From contig CAZYCE010000002.1 in the NCBI GenBank assembly GCA_964645605.1, positions 67,256 to 131,255 of the forward strand: a stretch of 64,000 nucleotides of DNA. The letters are read 5' to 3'. Of the stretch, positions 1 to 9,600 are shown piece by piece (position 1 is the stretch's first letter; the number at the start of each line of letters is the position of its first letter). The notes under the pieces were generated by a model that was given only the letters and a program-made list of their open reading frames with translations, was not told the origin of the DNA and made no database searches. The position numbers and the translations under genes are program-made. The stretch comes from an uncultured Gammaproteobacteria bacterium. Its GTDB lineage: Bacteria > Patescibacteriota > Microgenomatia > UBA8517.

Positions 1-180
1 ACCTATTACCTTGAGCCCTGTATGGCCTTGCAGGTGCCTTAAGTGAGCTCTGGCGACTCTTCTTTTGATAGGATGAGTCAGCCATTGGGAAATCGGATTG
101 TGTCTTGCAAAAACATCCTCAGGCGGAAGCTTGGGAGTAACCCACCATTTGACGAATTTGTTAATTTTTTTCTGTTGCAT
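1..180 (-). CDS. murF: N-terminus of a Mur ligase, probably MurF (runs off window start)
   Basis: Not in the ORF track. Manual translation from ATG at 180 gives MQQKKINKFVKWWVTPKLPPEDVFARHNPISQWLTHPIKRRVARAHLRHLQGHTGLKVIG, open to the window edge. It ends in KVIG, the lead-in to the Mur ligase GITGS P-loop, and overlaps the ddl stop. MurC/D/E are already accounted for. Confidence 0.65.
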   Translation of the reverse strand, partial: MQQKKINKFVKWWVTPKLPPEDVFARHNPISQWLTHPIKRRVARAHLRHLQGHTGLKVIG

Positions 181-1156
181 ATCTAATAATATCACCAAGT
201 AGACGCGAATATGACATGCCTTTTGCCTTTGCTGCTTTCGGTAAAAGCGACATCGGAGTGAGTCCCGGAATAGTGTTAATCTCCAAGACAACCGGTTCTC
301 TATTATCTTTCAAAATAAAATCAACCCTCCCAAATCCTCGACAACCGACTGTTTGGTAAACTTTAATTGCCAGTTTCTGGACTTTTTCGGTTAGAGCTTT
401 TGAAATTCTGGCAGGAACGATTTCTTCCGACCCGCTTTCGGTATATTTACTTTCATAATCAAAAAAATTTCCCTTCAACGGAATTATCTCCACTAACGGC
501 AATGCGATAGGTTTATCGTTCCCAAGAACCGAACAGGTTAACTCAATCCCCTCTAAATATTCCTCCACCAATACCTTGTGGCTAAACTTGTGTGCAAGTG
601 CCAGTGATTTTTTAAGTTCTTTAGCATTTCTGGCAATCGAAGCTCCGACTGAAGAACCTTGATTATATGGCTTAACAAAGCATGGAAATTTAGTCGAGTT
701 TTTTGGAGTTCGAATCCCCGCACTGTCCATTATTTTTTTAAACATTTCTTTATCCATACCTATAGCAGACGCCAAGACCCCAGCGCCTGTATAAGTAACG
801 CCCGCCAAATCAAGCATCCCTTGAACCGTTCCGTCTTCACCAAATGGTCCATGCATTGCGATAAATACAACATCGACCTTCTTTTCATTTATCGAATTGG
901 CACCAGAGATATTTTGTGTGTTAGACAACACGATTTCCTTAGAAGTGCCTCTCAAACTGAGGATGTTGTCCAAATCTAAAAGTGATTTTTTATCTGTTAA
1001 TTTCCAGGTTAAACCGTCTTTTGAAACAACAACTGGTAAAACTTCATATTTTTTTGAGTCCAAATTTTTAACAACCTCCGAACCAGAAATAATAGACACT
1101 TCATGTTCCGGTGATTTTCCACCCATTAGAACCATTATTCTTAGTTTTCTTTTCAT
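161..1156 (-). CDS. ddl: D-alanine--D-alanine ligase
   Basis: GGKSPEHEVS, MHGPFGEDG, GSSVG, FFDYESKY and EINTIPG motifs. Confidence 0.97.
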   Translation of the reverse strand: MKRKLRIMVLMGGKSPEHEVSIISGSEVVKNLDSKKYEVLPVVVSKDGLTWKLTDKKSLLDLDNILSLRGTSKEIVLSNTQNISGANSINEKKVDVVFIAMHGPFGEDGTVQGMLDLAGVTYTGAGVLASAIGMDKEMFKKIMDSAGIRTPKNSTKFPCFVKPYNQGSSVGASIARNAKELKKSLALAHKFSHKVLVEEYLEGIELTCSVLGNDKPIALPLVEIIPLKGNFFDYESKYTESGSEEIVPARISKALTEKVQKLAIKVYQTVGCRGFGRVDFILKDNREPVVLEINTIPGLTPMSLLPKAAKAKGMSYSRLLGDIIRYATEKN

Positions 1157-1164
1157 TTATGATT

Positions 1165-1980
1165 TTATTCTGATTGTAGTTCTATTTTTTTTAATTGCCC
1201 TCGAATTTTTCCACCAAGAAACATTTCAGCCACTTTAGTAAATCTTGGTGTTAAATCAGTGACATAAAACACGATACTACCATTTTTCTTTTGAACGTTC
1301 AGTAATTTATTCTCCTCAAGGTATGCGGCAACCTCGCGGGCAACTGATTTACCCGGGTTAATTAGGTTTATTTTTTCTCCTAATTCCTTTTTTATTGTAT
1401 CCTCAATTATTGGATAATGTGTACAACCCATAATCAAAGTGTCGATATTCTGCTCCTTTAATTCCTTCAAATATCTTTTTGCAATTATTTTCAAGGCTGG
1501 GCTTTCAATCTCCCCTTCTTCGATAAAAGGAACAAAAAGCGGACACGCAACACTGAAAACTTTTATTCCGGAGCGTAATTTTGAAATCTTTTCGGGGTAA
1601 GCATGGCTCCCGACGGTTCCGCGTGTACCGATAACTCCAATTCTTTCTCCCTTTTTTACGGCATCTATCGAGGCCGGCTCAATTACTTCAAAAACGGGCG
1701 CTTTTTTAAATTTATTTTTTATGTAACCTGCCGCAACAGCCGAAGATGTGTTGCAGGCAATTACAACAATTTTGACTTTTTTGGTTAACAGAAATTTAGT
1801 ATTATCTATCGAAAATTTTCTGATTGTCGCAGTTCCCCTTGGCCCATAGGGAACTCTGGCCGTATCCCCTAGATACACGATATCTTCATGGGGAAGAATT
1901 TTCATCAATTCCTTGACAACGGTAAGTCCGCCAAGCCCTGAATCAAAAACCCCAATTGGACGGTTATTTAATTTCTGCAT
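1165..1980 (-). CDS. murI: Glutamate racemase
   Basis: IGVFDSGLGGLTV, IACNTSS and MGCTHYP motifs. Likely start is ATG 1980, with TATAAT 7 nt upstream. Confidence 0.97.
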   Translation of the reverse strand: MQKLNNRPIGVFDSGLGGLTVVKELMKILPHEDIVYLGDTARVPYGPRGTATIRKFSIDNTKFLLTKKVKIVVIACNTSSAVAAGYIKNKFKKAPVFEVIEPASIDAVKKGERIGVIGTRGTVGSHAYPEKISKLRSGIKVFSVACPLFVPFIEEGEIESPALKIIAKRYLKELKEQNIDTLIMGCTHYPIIEDTIKKELGEKINLINPGKSVAREVAAYLEENKLLNVQKKNGSIVFYVTDLTPRFTKVAEMFLGGKIRGQLKKIELQSE

Positions 1981-3013
1981 TAAGGGTATTATACGACAAT
2001 TCACATATCCGCTTTTGCCCGTCTTCCGTTAATTGTGGACCAAGGGGTAAATATATTATTTTTTGCTTTTTTGTCCATTTAGATCCTTCAAGCTCCAATC
2101 TCACAAATATTTTGTTAATTCTAAGCTTTTCTACGATTTTTGCCGCATTCTTTTTGTGTAAAATAACCGGATAGCCGCGTATGTTCCTTTTATTGCTTTC
2201 TGAAATTAATAATTTTTGAGGAAGTACACTACCCAGCTTTCTTTCATAATAAGATGCTTGCCTCTTTTTTATGTTTCTAATTTTTTTAATATTTATCCGA
2301 ATACTTAGAAATTTTGAGATAAAACCACCTCTTGCCGGAAGTTTGCTATCTCCGATCAAATTGTATCCGCGAACCATCAGCCTTTCTGCAATCTTGCCAA
2401 ATTTGAATGACCAGGCCAAAACCATTAAAAACCAAAGGGTCTTCACTTTTACTGAATAAAAAAATGATTGGTAGAAAGGTGGCGCGGAAAAATCCAAATC
2501 TTCAGTTCTTCCGTAAACATTTGAGCCCTGAAGAGGCAAGACTTTTCTTAAACTATCAATGACGAAATGGTTTTTCTTAATAATCTCAATTTCATTCGGT
2601 TCTATTATTCTATGAACACAATCCTCAACTAAGAACCTATTCCCCGTCGCCTTCTTAAGCCATTCAACATTATTCATTAAATTGGTTTTAATTCCGACCG
2701 GATGAAATATTACAACGACTGCTGGATTAAATTTATTTATCTTGTTTTCAAAATCATCTTTGTCAGCTTTCAGGTTGGGAAGAATTTTATAGTGTGCCAC
2801 CTTATATCCATGTTTTTTGATATTACTTTCCACATCAACGCAATAAAAATCAGGAATTAGGATATAAGAGCCCTTAGCAACATTTCTTTTAATCAGAATA
2901 TCCCACAATGCATCTTCCCAAGAAAGATAGAAAAGCCGCTTTATACCTTTAGTTATTTTATTTTTGCGAAACCGAAAATTTTTCAGACTAAGCACGGGCT
3001 GCGATGTTATCAT
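1964..3013 (-). CDS. Divergent PLP-dependent fold-I protein (DegT/DnrJ/EryC1/StrS-like)
   Basis: LIPDFYC, VIFHPVG, VEDCVH (cf. EDAAH), DSLRKVLP (S-x-x-K Schiff-base-like) and C-terminal IYLPL. Confidence 0.6.
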   Translation of the reverse strand: MITSQPVLSLKNFRFRKNKITKGIKRLFYLSWEDALWDILIKRNVAKGSYILIPDFYCVDVESNIKKHGYKVAHYKILPNLKADKDDFENKINKFNPAVVVIFHPVGIKTNLMNNVEWLKKATGNRFLVEDCVHRIIEPNEIEIIKKNHFVIDSLRKVLPLQGSNVYGRTEDLDFSAPPFYQSFFYSVKVKTLWFLMVLAWSFKFGKIAERLMVRGYNLIGDSKLPARGGFISKFLSIRINIKKIRNIKKRQASYYERKLGSVLPQKLLISESNKRNIRGYPVILHKKNAAKIVEKLRINKIFVRLELEGSKWTKKQKIIYLPLGPQLTEDGQKRICELSYNTLNAEIK

Positions 3014-3032
3014 AGCTGAGAATTATATACTA

Positions 3033-5354
3033 TCAATGTTTGAGGCTTAATACGGCTTCTTTGAATTTGTTACCGCGATCTTTGTAGTTTTTGAACATAT
3101 CAAAACTGGCTGCGGCCGGAGACAAAATTACCACACCACCGCGTTTGGTTATTTTATGCGCCGCTTCAATAATTTCAATCATTGCGACGTGCCCTAAACT
3201 AATTATATTTTTTCCGGAAATATTACCGCCAATTTTTTCACCCATGTCCCCAATTAAAATTAGATTTTTAACATTCGACTTCCCTCTAATTACTTTTCTT
3301 AATTCTGAATAGTCCAGACCTTTATCACTTCCCCCAAGAATTAACGTTTCATCTTCCGTAAAAGAGTTTATCGCCGCAATTGTCGGTTGAGGTCCTGTGG
3401 CGAATGAATCGTTGTAATATTTGACGCCATCAATTTCAGCAACAAGCTCGAGTCTATGCTCCAAACCTTTGAAACTTCTTACAACATTCAAAATAGTTTT
3501 CTCGTCTACCCCAATTGTCTTGCAGGTTGCAACGGCAGCCGCAATATTTTCCAGATTATGCTCGCCCCGAAGCAGAATCCTCTCTTTATATTTTTTATCA
3601 AGCTTTTCTTTGGAGAAAAATACTACTTTACCGCCGGTGATTTCCGCAAAAGATTTAGGTGTCTCGTATCCCTCATTAATAATCCCGAAGTCTAAATCGG
3701 ATTGATATCGGACTATATTCTTTTTGGCATCTATATACTCTTCCCTGTTTTTATGCCAATCCATATGGTCTTTAGTTATATTTAAAACAACAGAAACGTG
3801 CGGACTTTTTTCCATATCAATTAGTTGGAAAGATGAAAGTTCCAAAACTACCCAAGAATTTTCCGTAAGTTTTGGGAGAATTTCAAGCGAAGGCTTACCG
3901 ATATTGCCACTCAGATAAACATCGCGGTCGTCTGCCTTTAAAATTTCGTAAATTAATGTTGATGTGGTTCCTTTTCCTTTTGTACCCGTAATCCCGATTA
4001 TTTTTCCGGGGCATTCATTAAAAAAAATTTTAATCGCTGACGTAATAACAGTCCCTCCGTTTTTTGCCTCCGTTATCTCCGGTATAAAGGGATAAACCCC
4101 CGGGGATCTGACAATGTAGTCAAAACCGGTAATGCCGTTTTTCAAATAACCGGAACCGCAAACAATTTGTATTTTTGATTTATCAATATTTTCAAAATCC
4201 AATTCGTTCTCCTGTTTTTTGTCAAAAAGAGTAACGCTAGCGTTCCGTTTCAATAAATATTTGATTGCGTCCTTTCCCTCAATGCCCAACCCTAATACTG
4301 CCACCTTCTTACCATCGTATAGCGAGCTTTGCTTATCTGCATGTTTCTCCGTATCAAAATTTATTAATTGGACTTCTCTTTCAAGATTGATTCCGAATTT
4401 TTTCTTAACGTCCTTAATAATCATCTCGGAAAGATCATAAACATCCTTAGCCGTTGCATGCCCCGTTTTATTGATCAGAACGAGGGCGTGTTTTGGAGAA
4501 ACCGCCGCCCCCCCAAGTTCTTTGCCTTTCAACCCCGCGTTTTCAATAAGCCAACCGGCAGAGACTTTGTACTTGTTTTCAAAAGGATAAATTTTAATAT
4601 TGGGGTACTTTTTAATAAGCTCATTCTTTTTATCTAAATTAATGATTGGGTTTTTAAAAAATGATCCAGCGTTGCCAAATTCTCTAGGGTTTTCCAATTT
4701 TTGATTTCTGAGCTTAAGCACACCTTCACGGATTTCTTTCAACGAATCATTTTCTCCGAGGATGTCTTTAAGTGATTCATAAGACATCTTGCTCTTACCG
4801 TTTTTGTTAAGTTTAAACGTAACATTTAATATTAAAAACTTTTGTCGGAAACCAGCTCTTTTAAAAATACTATCTCTGTATTCAAAATGGCAGTTTTCCT
4901 TTTCAAAAGTAACTATCGAGTCGTTAGAAAGATCATACGCTTCGAGTTTATAGAATGTGTCGGCAATTTCCGACCCATATGCACCGATGTTTTGTACAGG
5001 AGAAGCTCCGACCGTTCCCGGTATTCCCGAGAGGCATTCCAATCCCTGCAATCCCTCCTCAACAGAAATCTTAACAAGATCGTCCCATTTCATACCAGCT
5101 TCAGCCGTAATGTATTCTCCATCCACATGGTAAGAATCACCCACGTACTTTATTACCAAACCATTAAAATCTTTATCGCTGGCAACGAAATCACTTCCTC
5201 CACCCAAAATAAATATCGGAAGATTGTTGCTTCGGGCAAATTTGGCTGCCTCCGCCAAATCATCTATGTTTTTTACCTCGATGTAGTATTTTATTTTTCC
5301 ACCAACCCGGAATGTCGTCAGATTTTTAAAATATTTATCTTGTCGAAATTTCAT
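3033..5354 (-). CDS. murB-murD: MurB-MurD fusion (UDP-MurNAc reductase fused to UDP-MurNAc-L-Ala--D-Glu ligase)
   Basis: aa1-~335 has TTFRVGG, LGGGS, GIPGTVGASPVQNIGAYG, GNAGSFFKNP, KHALVLIN and LEREV. aa~348-773 has VAVLGLG, VRSPG, GITGTKGKGTT, ELSSFQL, GLEHRLE, YYNDS and SPAAASFDMFKNY. Confidence 0.95.
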   Translation of the reverse strand: MKFRQDKYFKNLTTFRVGGKIKYYIEVKNIDDLAEAAKFARSNNLPIFILGGGSDFVASDKDFNGLVIKYVGDSYHVDGEYITAEAGMKWDDLVKISVEEGLQGLECLSGIPGTVGASPVQNIGAYGSEIADTFYKLEAYDLSNDSIVTFEKENCHFEYRDSIFKRAGFRQKFLILNVTFKLNKNGKSKMSYESLKDILGENDSLKEIREGVLKLRNQKLENPREFGNAGSFFKNPIINLDKKNELIKKYPNIKIYPFENKYKVSAGWLIENAGLKGKELGGAAVSPKHALVLINKTGHATAKDVYDLSEMIIKDVKKKFGINLEREVQLINFDTEKHADKQSSLYDGKKVAVLGLGIEGKDAIKYLLKRNASVTLFDKKQENELDFENIDKSKIQIVCGSGYLKNGITGFDYIVRSPGVYPFIPEITEAKNGGTVITSAIKIFFNECPGKIIGITGTKGKGTTSTLIYEILKADDRDVYLSGNIGKPSLEILPKLTENSWVVLELSSFQLIDMEKSPHVSVVLNITKDHMDWHKNREEYIDAKKNIVRYQSDLDFGIINEGYETPKSFAEITGGKVVFFSKEKLDKKYKERILLRGEHNLENIAAAVATCKTIGVDEKTILNVVRSFKGLEHRLELVAEIDGVKYYNDSFATGPQPTIAAINSFTEDETLILGGSDKGLDYSELRKVIRGKSNVKNLILIGDMGEKIGGNISGKNIISLGHVAMIEIIEAAHKITKRGGVVILSPAAASFDMFKNYKDRGNKFKEAVLSLKH

Positions 5355-6550
5355 TTGAGTAATTCAACCGCTTTCCTTGCCCACAAATAACTTTTTCCTG
5401 CACCCATGACAACAATTACCCTATAATTTCTATTTTCTAATTTCAAATTTCTAAACATATTCTCGATGCTGTCAAACGCCTCAATGTTTTTATGTTTGGA
5501 TGCGTCGGCCACTTTTTGGGGAGTGATAGACTTATCGACTTCATCTCGAGCCTGAAAAATCGGACCGATAAACACTTTATCGGCTGCGTCAAAAACCCCA
5601 CTATACATGCGTAAGAGTGCCCCGGTACGTTTATATCCATGGGGTTCGTCAATAACCAAAATTTTTGCTTTTGGATATTTTTCGCGGACTCCCTTAAGGG
5701 TTTCTCTTATAGCCGTAGGATGGTGGGCGTAGTCATCGTAGACCTTAATCTCGTTTTCTCCTGAAATAAGTTCAAGTCTTCTTCCGATTCCGCCAAACGA
5801 TTCTAAGGATTTAACTATTTCGCTCTCACTGATGCCCAATTTTTTCCCTAAGACATAAACCATATTTGCATTCTTTTGGTTAAACTCTCCCATTATCCTC
5901 AAATTGAAATGCCTATGGGGACTATCCTCCGGAGTAATTAAAATCCTTTCCCCCTTTAAATTATTTATAAATTTATCAAACGAGCTTTTGACTTCCTCTT
6001 CGTCTTTGAAAAAGTCGGGGTGATCAAATTCAATATTATTTATAATTGCTATATCCGGATGGTAATGTAAAAAGTTGTTATTAAACTCATCCGCCTCGAC
6101 AACTGCATATTCCCCATTACCAAAACGTGAGTTTCCATTCCATTCGGGAACAAATGCTCCGACAACAATCGTGGGGTTAAACCCCGCATCAATAAGCATT
6201 TTTCCGGCCATTGCAGTGGTGGTGGATTTTCCATGGGTGCCTGCAATACAAATCAATTTTTTGTTTTTGAGAAGAACTGTCCCCAAAAATTCCTGCCAAG
6301 TCATTAGCTTGTTTTGTTTTTTGGCCTCAATAATCTCCGGATTATTACCACTTTGGTAAAGCACTGCAGGGCTTACAACTACCAAATCGGCCTCTGGGAC
6401 ATGAGAGGCGCTGTGTCCCTGAACAATCCCCTTTCTATATGCGGTATTGGCTTCGAGGTCGCAACCGCTAACTTCGTATCCAAATTTTTCCGCTAAATAA
6501 GCTACACCCGAAATGCCGCTTCCTCCGATTCCGACAAAGTGAATATGCAT
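5351..6550 (-). CDS. murC: UDP-N-acetylmuramate--L-alanine ligase (short form)
   Basis: IHFVGIGGSGIS, IAGTHGKSTTT, VEADE, DHPD, DDYAHHPT and VMGAG motifs. Confidence 0.96.
   Translation of the reverse strand: MHIHFVGIGGSGISGVAYLAEKFGYEVSGCDLEANTAYRKGIVQGHSASHVPEADLVVVSPAVLYQSGNNPEIIEAKKQNKLMTWQEFLGTVLLKNKKLICIAGTHGKSTTTAMAGKMLIDAGFNPTIVVGAFVPEWNGNSRFGNGEYAVVEADEFNNNFLHYHPDIAIINNIEFDHPDFFKDEEEVKSSFDKFINNLKGERILITPEDSPHRHFNLRIMGEFNQKNANMVYVLGKKLGISESEIVKSLESFGGIGRRLELISGENEIKVYDDYAHHPTAIRETLKGVREKYPKAKILVIDEPHGYKRTGALLRMYSGVFDAADKVFIGPIFQARDEVDKSITPQKVADASKHKNIEAFDSIENMFRNLKLENRNYRVIVVMGAGKSYLWARKAVELLK
5425..5452. repeat. AT-rich 7-bp tandem array inside murC
   Basis: aatttct-attttct-aatttca-aatttct, encoding RNLKLENRN. 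Confidence 0.6.
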
Positions 6551-6585
6551 TCTTTATGCTTGTATTATATCAGCATTCACGGCAA

Positions 6586-7062
6586 TCAAACACTTTTAAG
6601 AAGGTTTTTATCGATAATTTCCTGAAGGCTTCCAACAACATATTTAGGCACAACCTTAGTCTCTAAATCCTTATACCTTCCCCGTCTGACCCGGACAACA
6701 AAGAATCCTTTGGCCACTCCTGCCTCAATAACTTCAGGTTTATCATCAATTAATACCACTTTTTTTTCAGATTCATTTACAACGTTCATTTTAGAGAAAC
6801 TTGAAAATATTTGAACTCCGTCTGTAAAAAATTTTTCTATCCCGGTTCCTATTATCTTTTCCATTTGAAATTTCTTATCCCCCTCCGAAAATAAAACCGT
6901 ATCGCCAAAACCTGAAGCGTATTTAATAAACGGGATCGCATCCGGATAAAGAAAGTCTTTGTAGTTTATATGCGCGGGAGAGTCCGATAGATGCTTTACA
7001 AATTCCCCGGTATTAAAAATTGTATGATCGAAGTCAATAAAGATTTTCACTCCCTTTTCCAT
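6586..7062 (-). CDS. Small HAD-superfamily hydrolase
   Basis: IFIDFDHT (motif I DxDxT), FSEG (motif II), K and IDDK (motif IV). Confidence 0.85.
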   Translation of the reverse strand: MEKGVKIFIDFDHTIFNTGEFVKHLSDSPAHINYKDFLYPDAIPFIKYASGFGDTVLFSEGDKKFQMEKIIGTGIEKFFTDGVQIFSSFSKMNVVNESEKKVVLIDDKPEVIEAGVAKGFFVVRVRRGRYKDLETKVVPKYVVGSLQEIIDKNLLKSV

Positions 7063-7064
7063 TA

Positions 7065-8303
7065 TTAGTCTTCTACCTTCGACCCCACCCCGTACGAACC
7101 TTTTAGAATTTTGCCGGGAAAAACGACAGATCCTTCTCCAATTATGGTTCCGGGCATTGTAGAAACACGAATACCCACTTTTACCCCGTCGCCCATGAAA
7201 ACTCCAATATTACTTACTCCGGTTTCGACATTTGTTCCTTTAACTTTAGCCGACACCGGAGACCTGTCCAATCTCTTATTTGCAGTTATAAATCCCGCTC
7301 CAACTCTACAATTTTTTCCGATAATGGAGTCCCCGACAAAACCGGAGTGAATATGTGTTCCCTCGCCGATAAGAGAATTTTTGACATCGCAATATCTTTC
7401 AATCTCCGTACCGTTTTCCAGTATTGTTCCCGCGCGGACCTGGCTATATGCACCCACCACTGCATTTTTTCCTATGTAACAAGGCCCTTCAATCAGCGCA
7501 AAATCGTAAATATGGGCACCCTCGCCTATGAATATTCCTTCGCCCTTAAGAATAGCTGTCTTTTCAATGACTGCAGTCGGATCAACACCTTCACCAACCT
7601 CCGATAATATGAAATCTTTAAGTTTCATAAGATCCCAAGGATATTTCAAAGACGGTAAGTTCGAGGAAACACGGACCGAGCCGACTTTTCCGTTTTTGGC
7701 TTCTTTATCTAAAACAAACTCTAAAGAATAATCTGTAACGGGGCTTTCCGCTAGTTTATTAAGAAAATCAAGCGATAGAAGGTAAACTCCGACAAGCCGC
7801 ATGTTTGATGGTTCCTTTCCTGCGTCAGGCTTTTCGACCACGCCCTGCACCTTATCCGCCTGAAGCTCGACAATCCCATATTTAGAGGGAGTATCCGTCT
7901 CTGTTATGCCGACGGTCACAGAGTCCCCTGATTTTTCGTGTGCCTCGATAAAGCTGTCGGCAATAGAATGAAAATTAAATTGATTAGCATTTATCACGAA
8001 AAAATCGTCCTTAATGAGTTCTTTTGCCGATAAAATTGCGTCCCCTTGGCCCAGAGGACTTTCTTCCCTAACAAACTTTACGTCGGAAAAAACGGGGAGT
8101 GATTCACAAATGGTTTTTTCTTTTTCGAAATCCTTCGAACCTAAAACCAATATGATTTCCGAGGGATTAAGCTTTTTCACACTCTCAATGGTTCTTTCCA
8201 GAATTGTTTTACCGGCAATACTGAAAAAGCTCTTATGAATATTGTTGAAAGGGAAAAATCTTGAAGATTCTCCGCCAGCCAATATTACAACCTGATATTT
8301 CAT
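7065..8303 (-). CDS. glmU: Bifunctional sugar-1-P nucleotidyltransferase/acetyltransferase, archaeal GlmU-like
   Basis: VILAGGESSRFFP, YGIV, VVEKP, YPWDL, hexapeptide LbH repeats, GDSIIG and GAGFITAN; dcw context. Confidence 0.8.
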   Translation of the reverse strand: MKYQVVILAGGESSRFFPFNNIHKSFFSIAGKTILERTIESVKKLNPSEIILVLGSKDFEKEKTICESLPVFSDVKFVREESPLGQGDAILSAKELIKDDFFVINANQFNFHSIADSFIEAHEKSGDSVTVGITETDTPSKYGIVELQADKVQGVVEKPDAGKEPSNMRLVGVYLLSLDFLNKLAESPVTDYSLEFVLDKEAKNGKVGSVRVSSNLPSLKYPWDLMKLKDFILSEVGEGVDPTAVIEKTAILKGEGIFIGEGAHIYDFALIEGPCYIGKNAVVGAYSQVRAGTILENGTEIERYCDVKNSLIGEGTHIHSGFVGDSIIGKNCRVGAGFITANKRLDRSPVSAKVKGTNVETGVSNIGVFMGDGVKVGIRVSTMPGTIIGEGSVVFPGKILKGSYGVGSKVED

Positions 8304-8304
8304 A

Positions 8305-9600
8305 TTATTTGCCCATATATTCTCTCACAATTTCCTGGTCAGACCAAGGAATTTCATGAATTCCGTCTAAATTCATGGATTTTTCATGCCCTTTTCCAAA
8401 TATACCGACGCTATCGCCTTTGCCGGCGTTTTTAAGTGCAATGCCGATTGCCTTTTTTCTGTCCGGCTCTTCTATTACTTTTACTTTTGAATCTTTAGAT
8501 TCCATGCCCGATTTTATCTCGGCAATTATATCTTCTACCTTTTCACTCCTGGGGTCCTCTGCCGTAAGAATCACTTCATCGGCCAATCTTGATGCAATTT
8601 TCCCCATTTTCGGGCGCTTAAAAGGATCTCTTTCACCCGCACATCCGAAAACCGCAATCAGTTTTCCCCGGGTTTTCCCGCGTAAATATTTTAATACGGC
8701 TTCAAGAGACTCGGGAGTATGGGCAAAATCAACAACAATTTTAATACCTTTAGAATTCTTAATTTCTTCAAATCTCCCCTCCGGCATGTTAAAAGACTCC
8801 ATTGTTTTGAGAGCAGATTCTTTATCTATGCCCAAAAATTCCATTGTTTTCAGAGCGATCTCGATATTTAAGTTATTAAATTTACCCGGAAGTATGTCCA
8901 AATCGGTATCAACGGGACCTAATACTTTATACCTACAGGAGTCTATAAAAGACTTTTTTACCCTTTTATATTCTTCAAAGGTCTTGTGATAGTCCAGATG
9001 CTCAGGTGCTATATTAGTCAAAACCCCTATATCAAAAGAGATTCCGGCAATCCTTTTCTGATCAATTCCATGGGAACTAACCTCGATAATGGCGTATTGC
9101 ATTCCTGCGTCGACCATTTCCTTCAAAAACCCGTGAAGAGAGATAGCGTCCGGGGTTGTGACATGGAAGCCTGTATCGATTTCCCTATCTCCGATTTTTG
9201 CGGCATTCGAGGTCACCAAACCGACTTTTTTGCCGAGCCTACTAAGCATGTGGTAAATGATAAAGCAGGTTGTCGTTTTACCCTTCGTGCCGGTTACACC
9301 GATTATTTTAAGCTTTTGTGAAGGATCTCCAAACCAAGCGGAGGCGAGGATCCCAAGCGCCTCACGGGAATCTTGGACTTTGATATAACCAGCATTCTCA
9401 ATTTCAAGCTCTTCTTCACCTACTATTATTTTTGCTCCATTTTTTATTGCCTCTCCAATATATTTGTGACCGTCAGAATGCAGGCCCTTCACGGCAACAA
9501 AAATATAGTTTTCTTTGACTTTGCCGGAGTTCGCTGAAATTCCCGAATATTTGGAGATGTTTTTTTTCAGCTCACTAAGATTTTGGTAAATGCTCTCCAT
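8305..9600 (-). CDS. murE: UDP-MurNAc-dipeptide:diamino acid ligase
   Basis: FVAVKGLHSDGH, GVTGTKGKTTT, HVTTPD, EVSSHGIDQ, EHLDYH, VDFAHTP, VFGCAGERD and GKGHE motifs. Confidence 0.96.
   Translation of the reverse strand: MESIYQNLSELKKNISKYSGISANSGKVKENYIFVAVKGLHSDGHKYIGEAIKNGAKIIVGEEELEIENAGYIKVQDSREALGILASAWFGDPSQKLKIIGVTGTKGKTTTCFIIYHMLSRLGKKVGLVTSNAAKIGDREIDTGFHVTTPDAISLHGFLKEMVDAGMQYAIIEVSSHGIDQKRIAGISFDIGVLTNIAPEHLDYHKTFEEYKRVKKSFIDSCRYKVLGPVDTDLDILPGKFNNLNIEIALKTMEFLGIDKESALKTMESFNMPEGRFEEIKNSKGIKIVVDFAHTPESLEAVLKYLRGKTRGKLIAVFGCAGERDPFKRPKMGKIASRLADEVILTAEDPRSEKVEDIIAEIKSGMESKDSKVKVIEEPDRKKAIGIALKNAGKGDSVGIFGKGHEKSMNLDGIHEIPWSDQEIVREYMGK

Noticed and set aside
1-150. Minus-strand GGTGGGTTACTC... 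looked like a tRNA 5' end or other ncRNA
   Set aside because: No T-loop or cloverleaf; the region is an open frame encoding a Mur-ligase N-terminus
161-1156. Van-type D-Ala-D-Lac ligase
   Set aside because: Omega loop FFDYESKY is the ordinary D-Ala-D-Ala type, and there are no vanH/vanX genes
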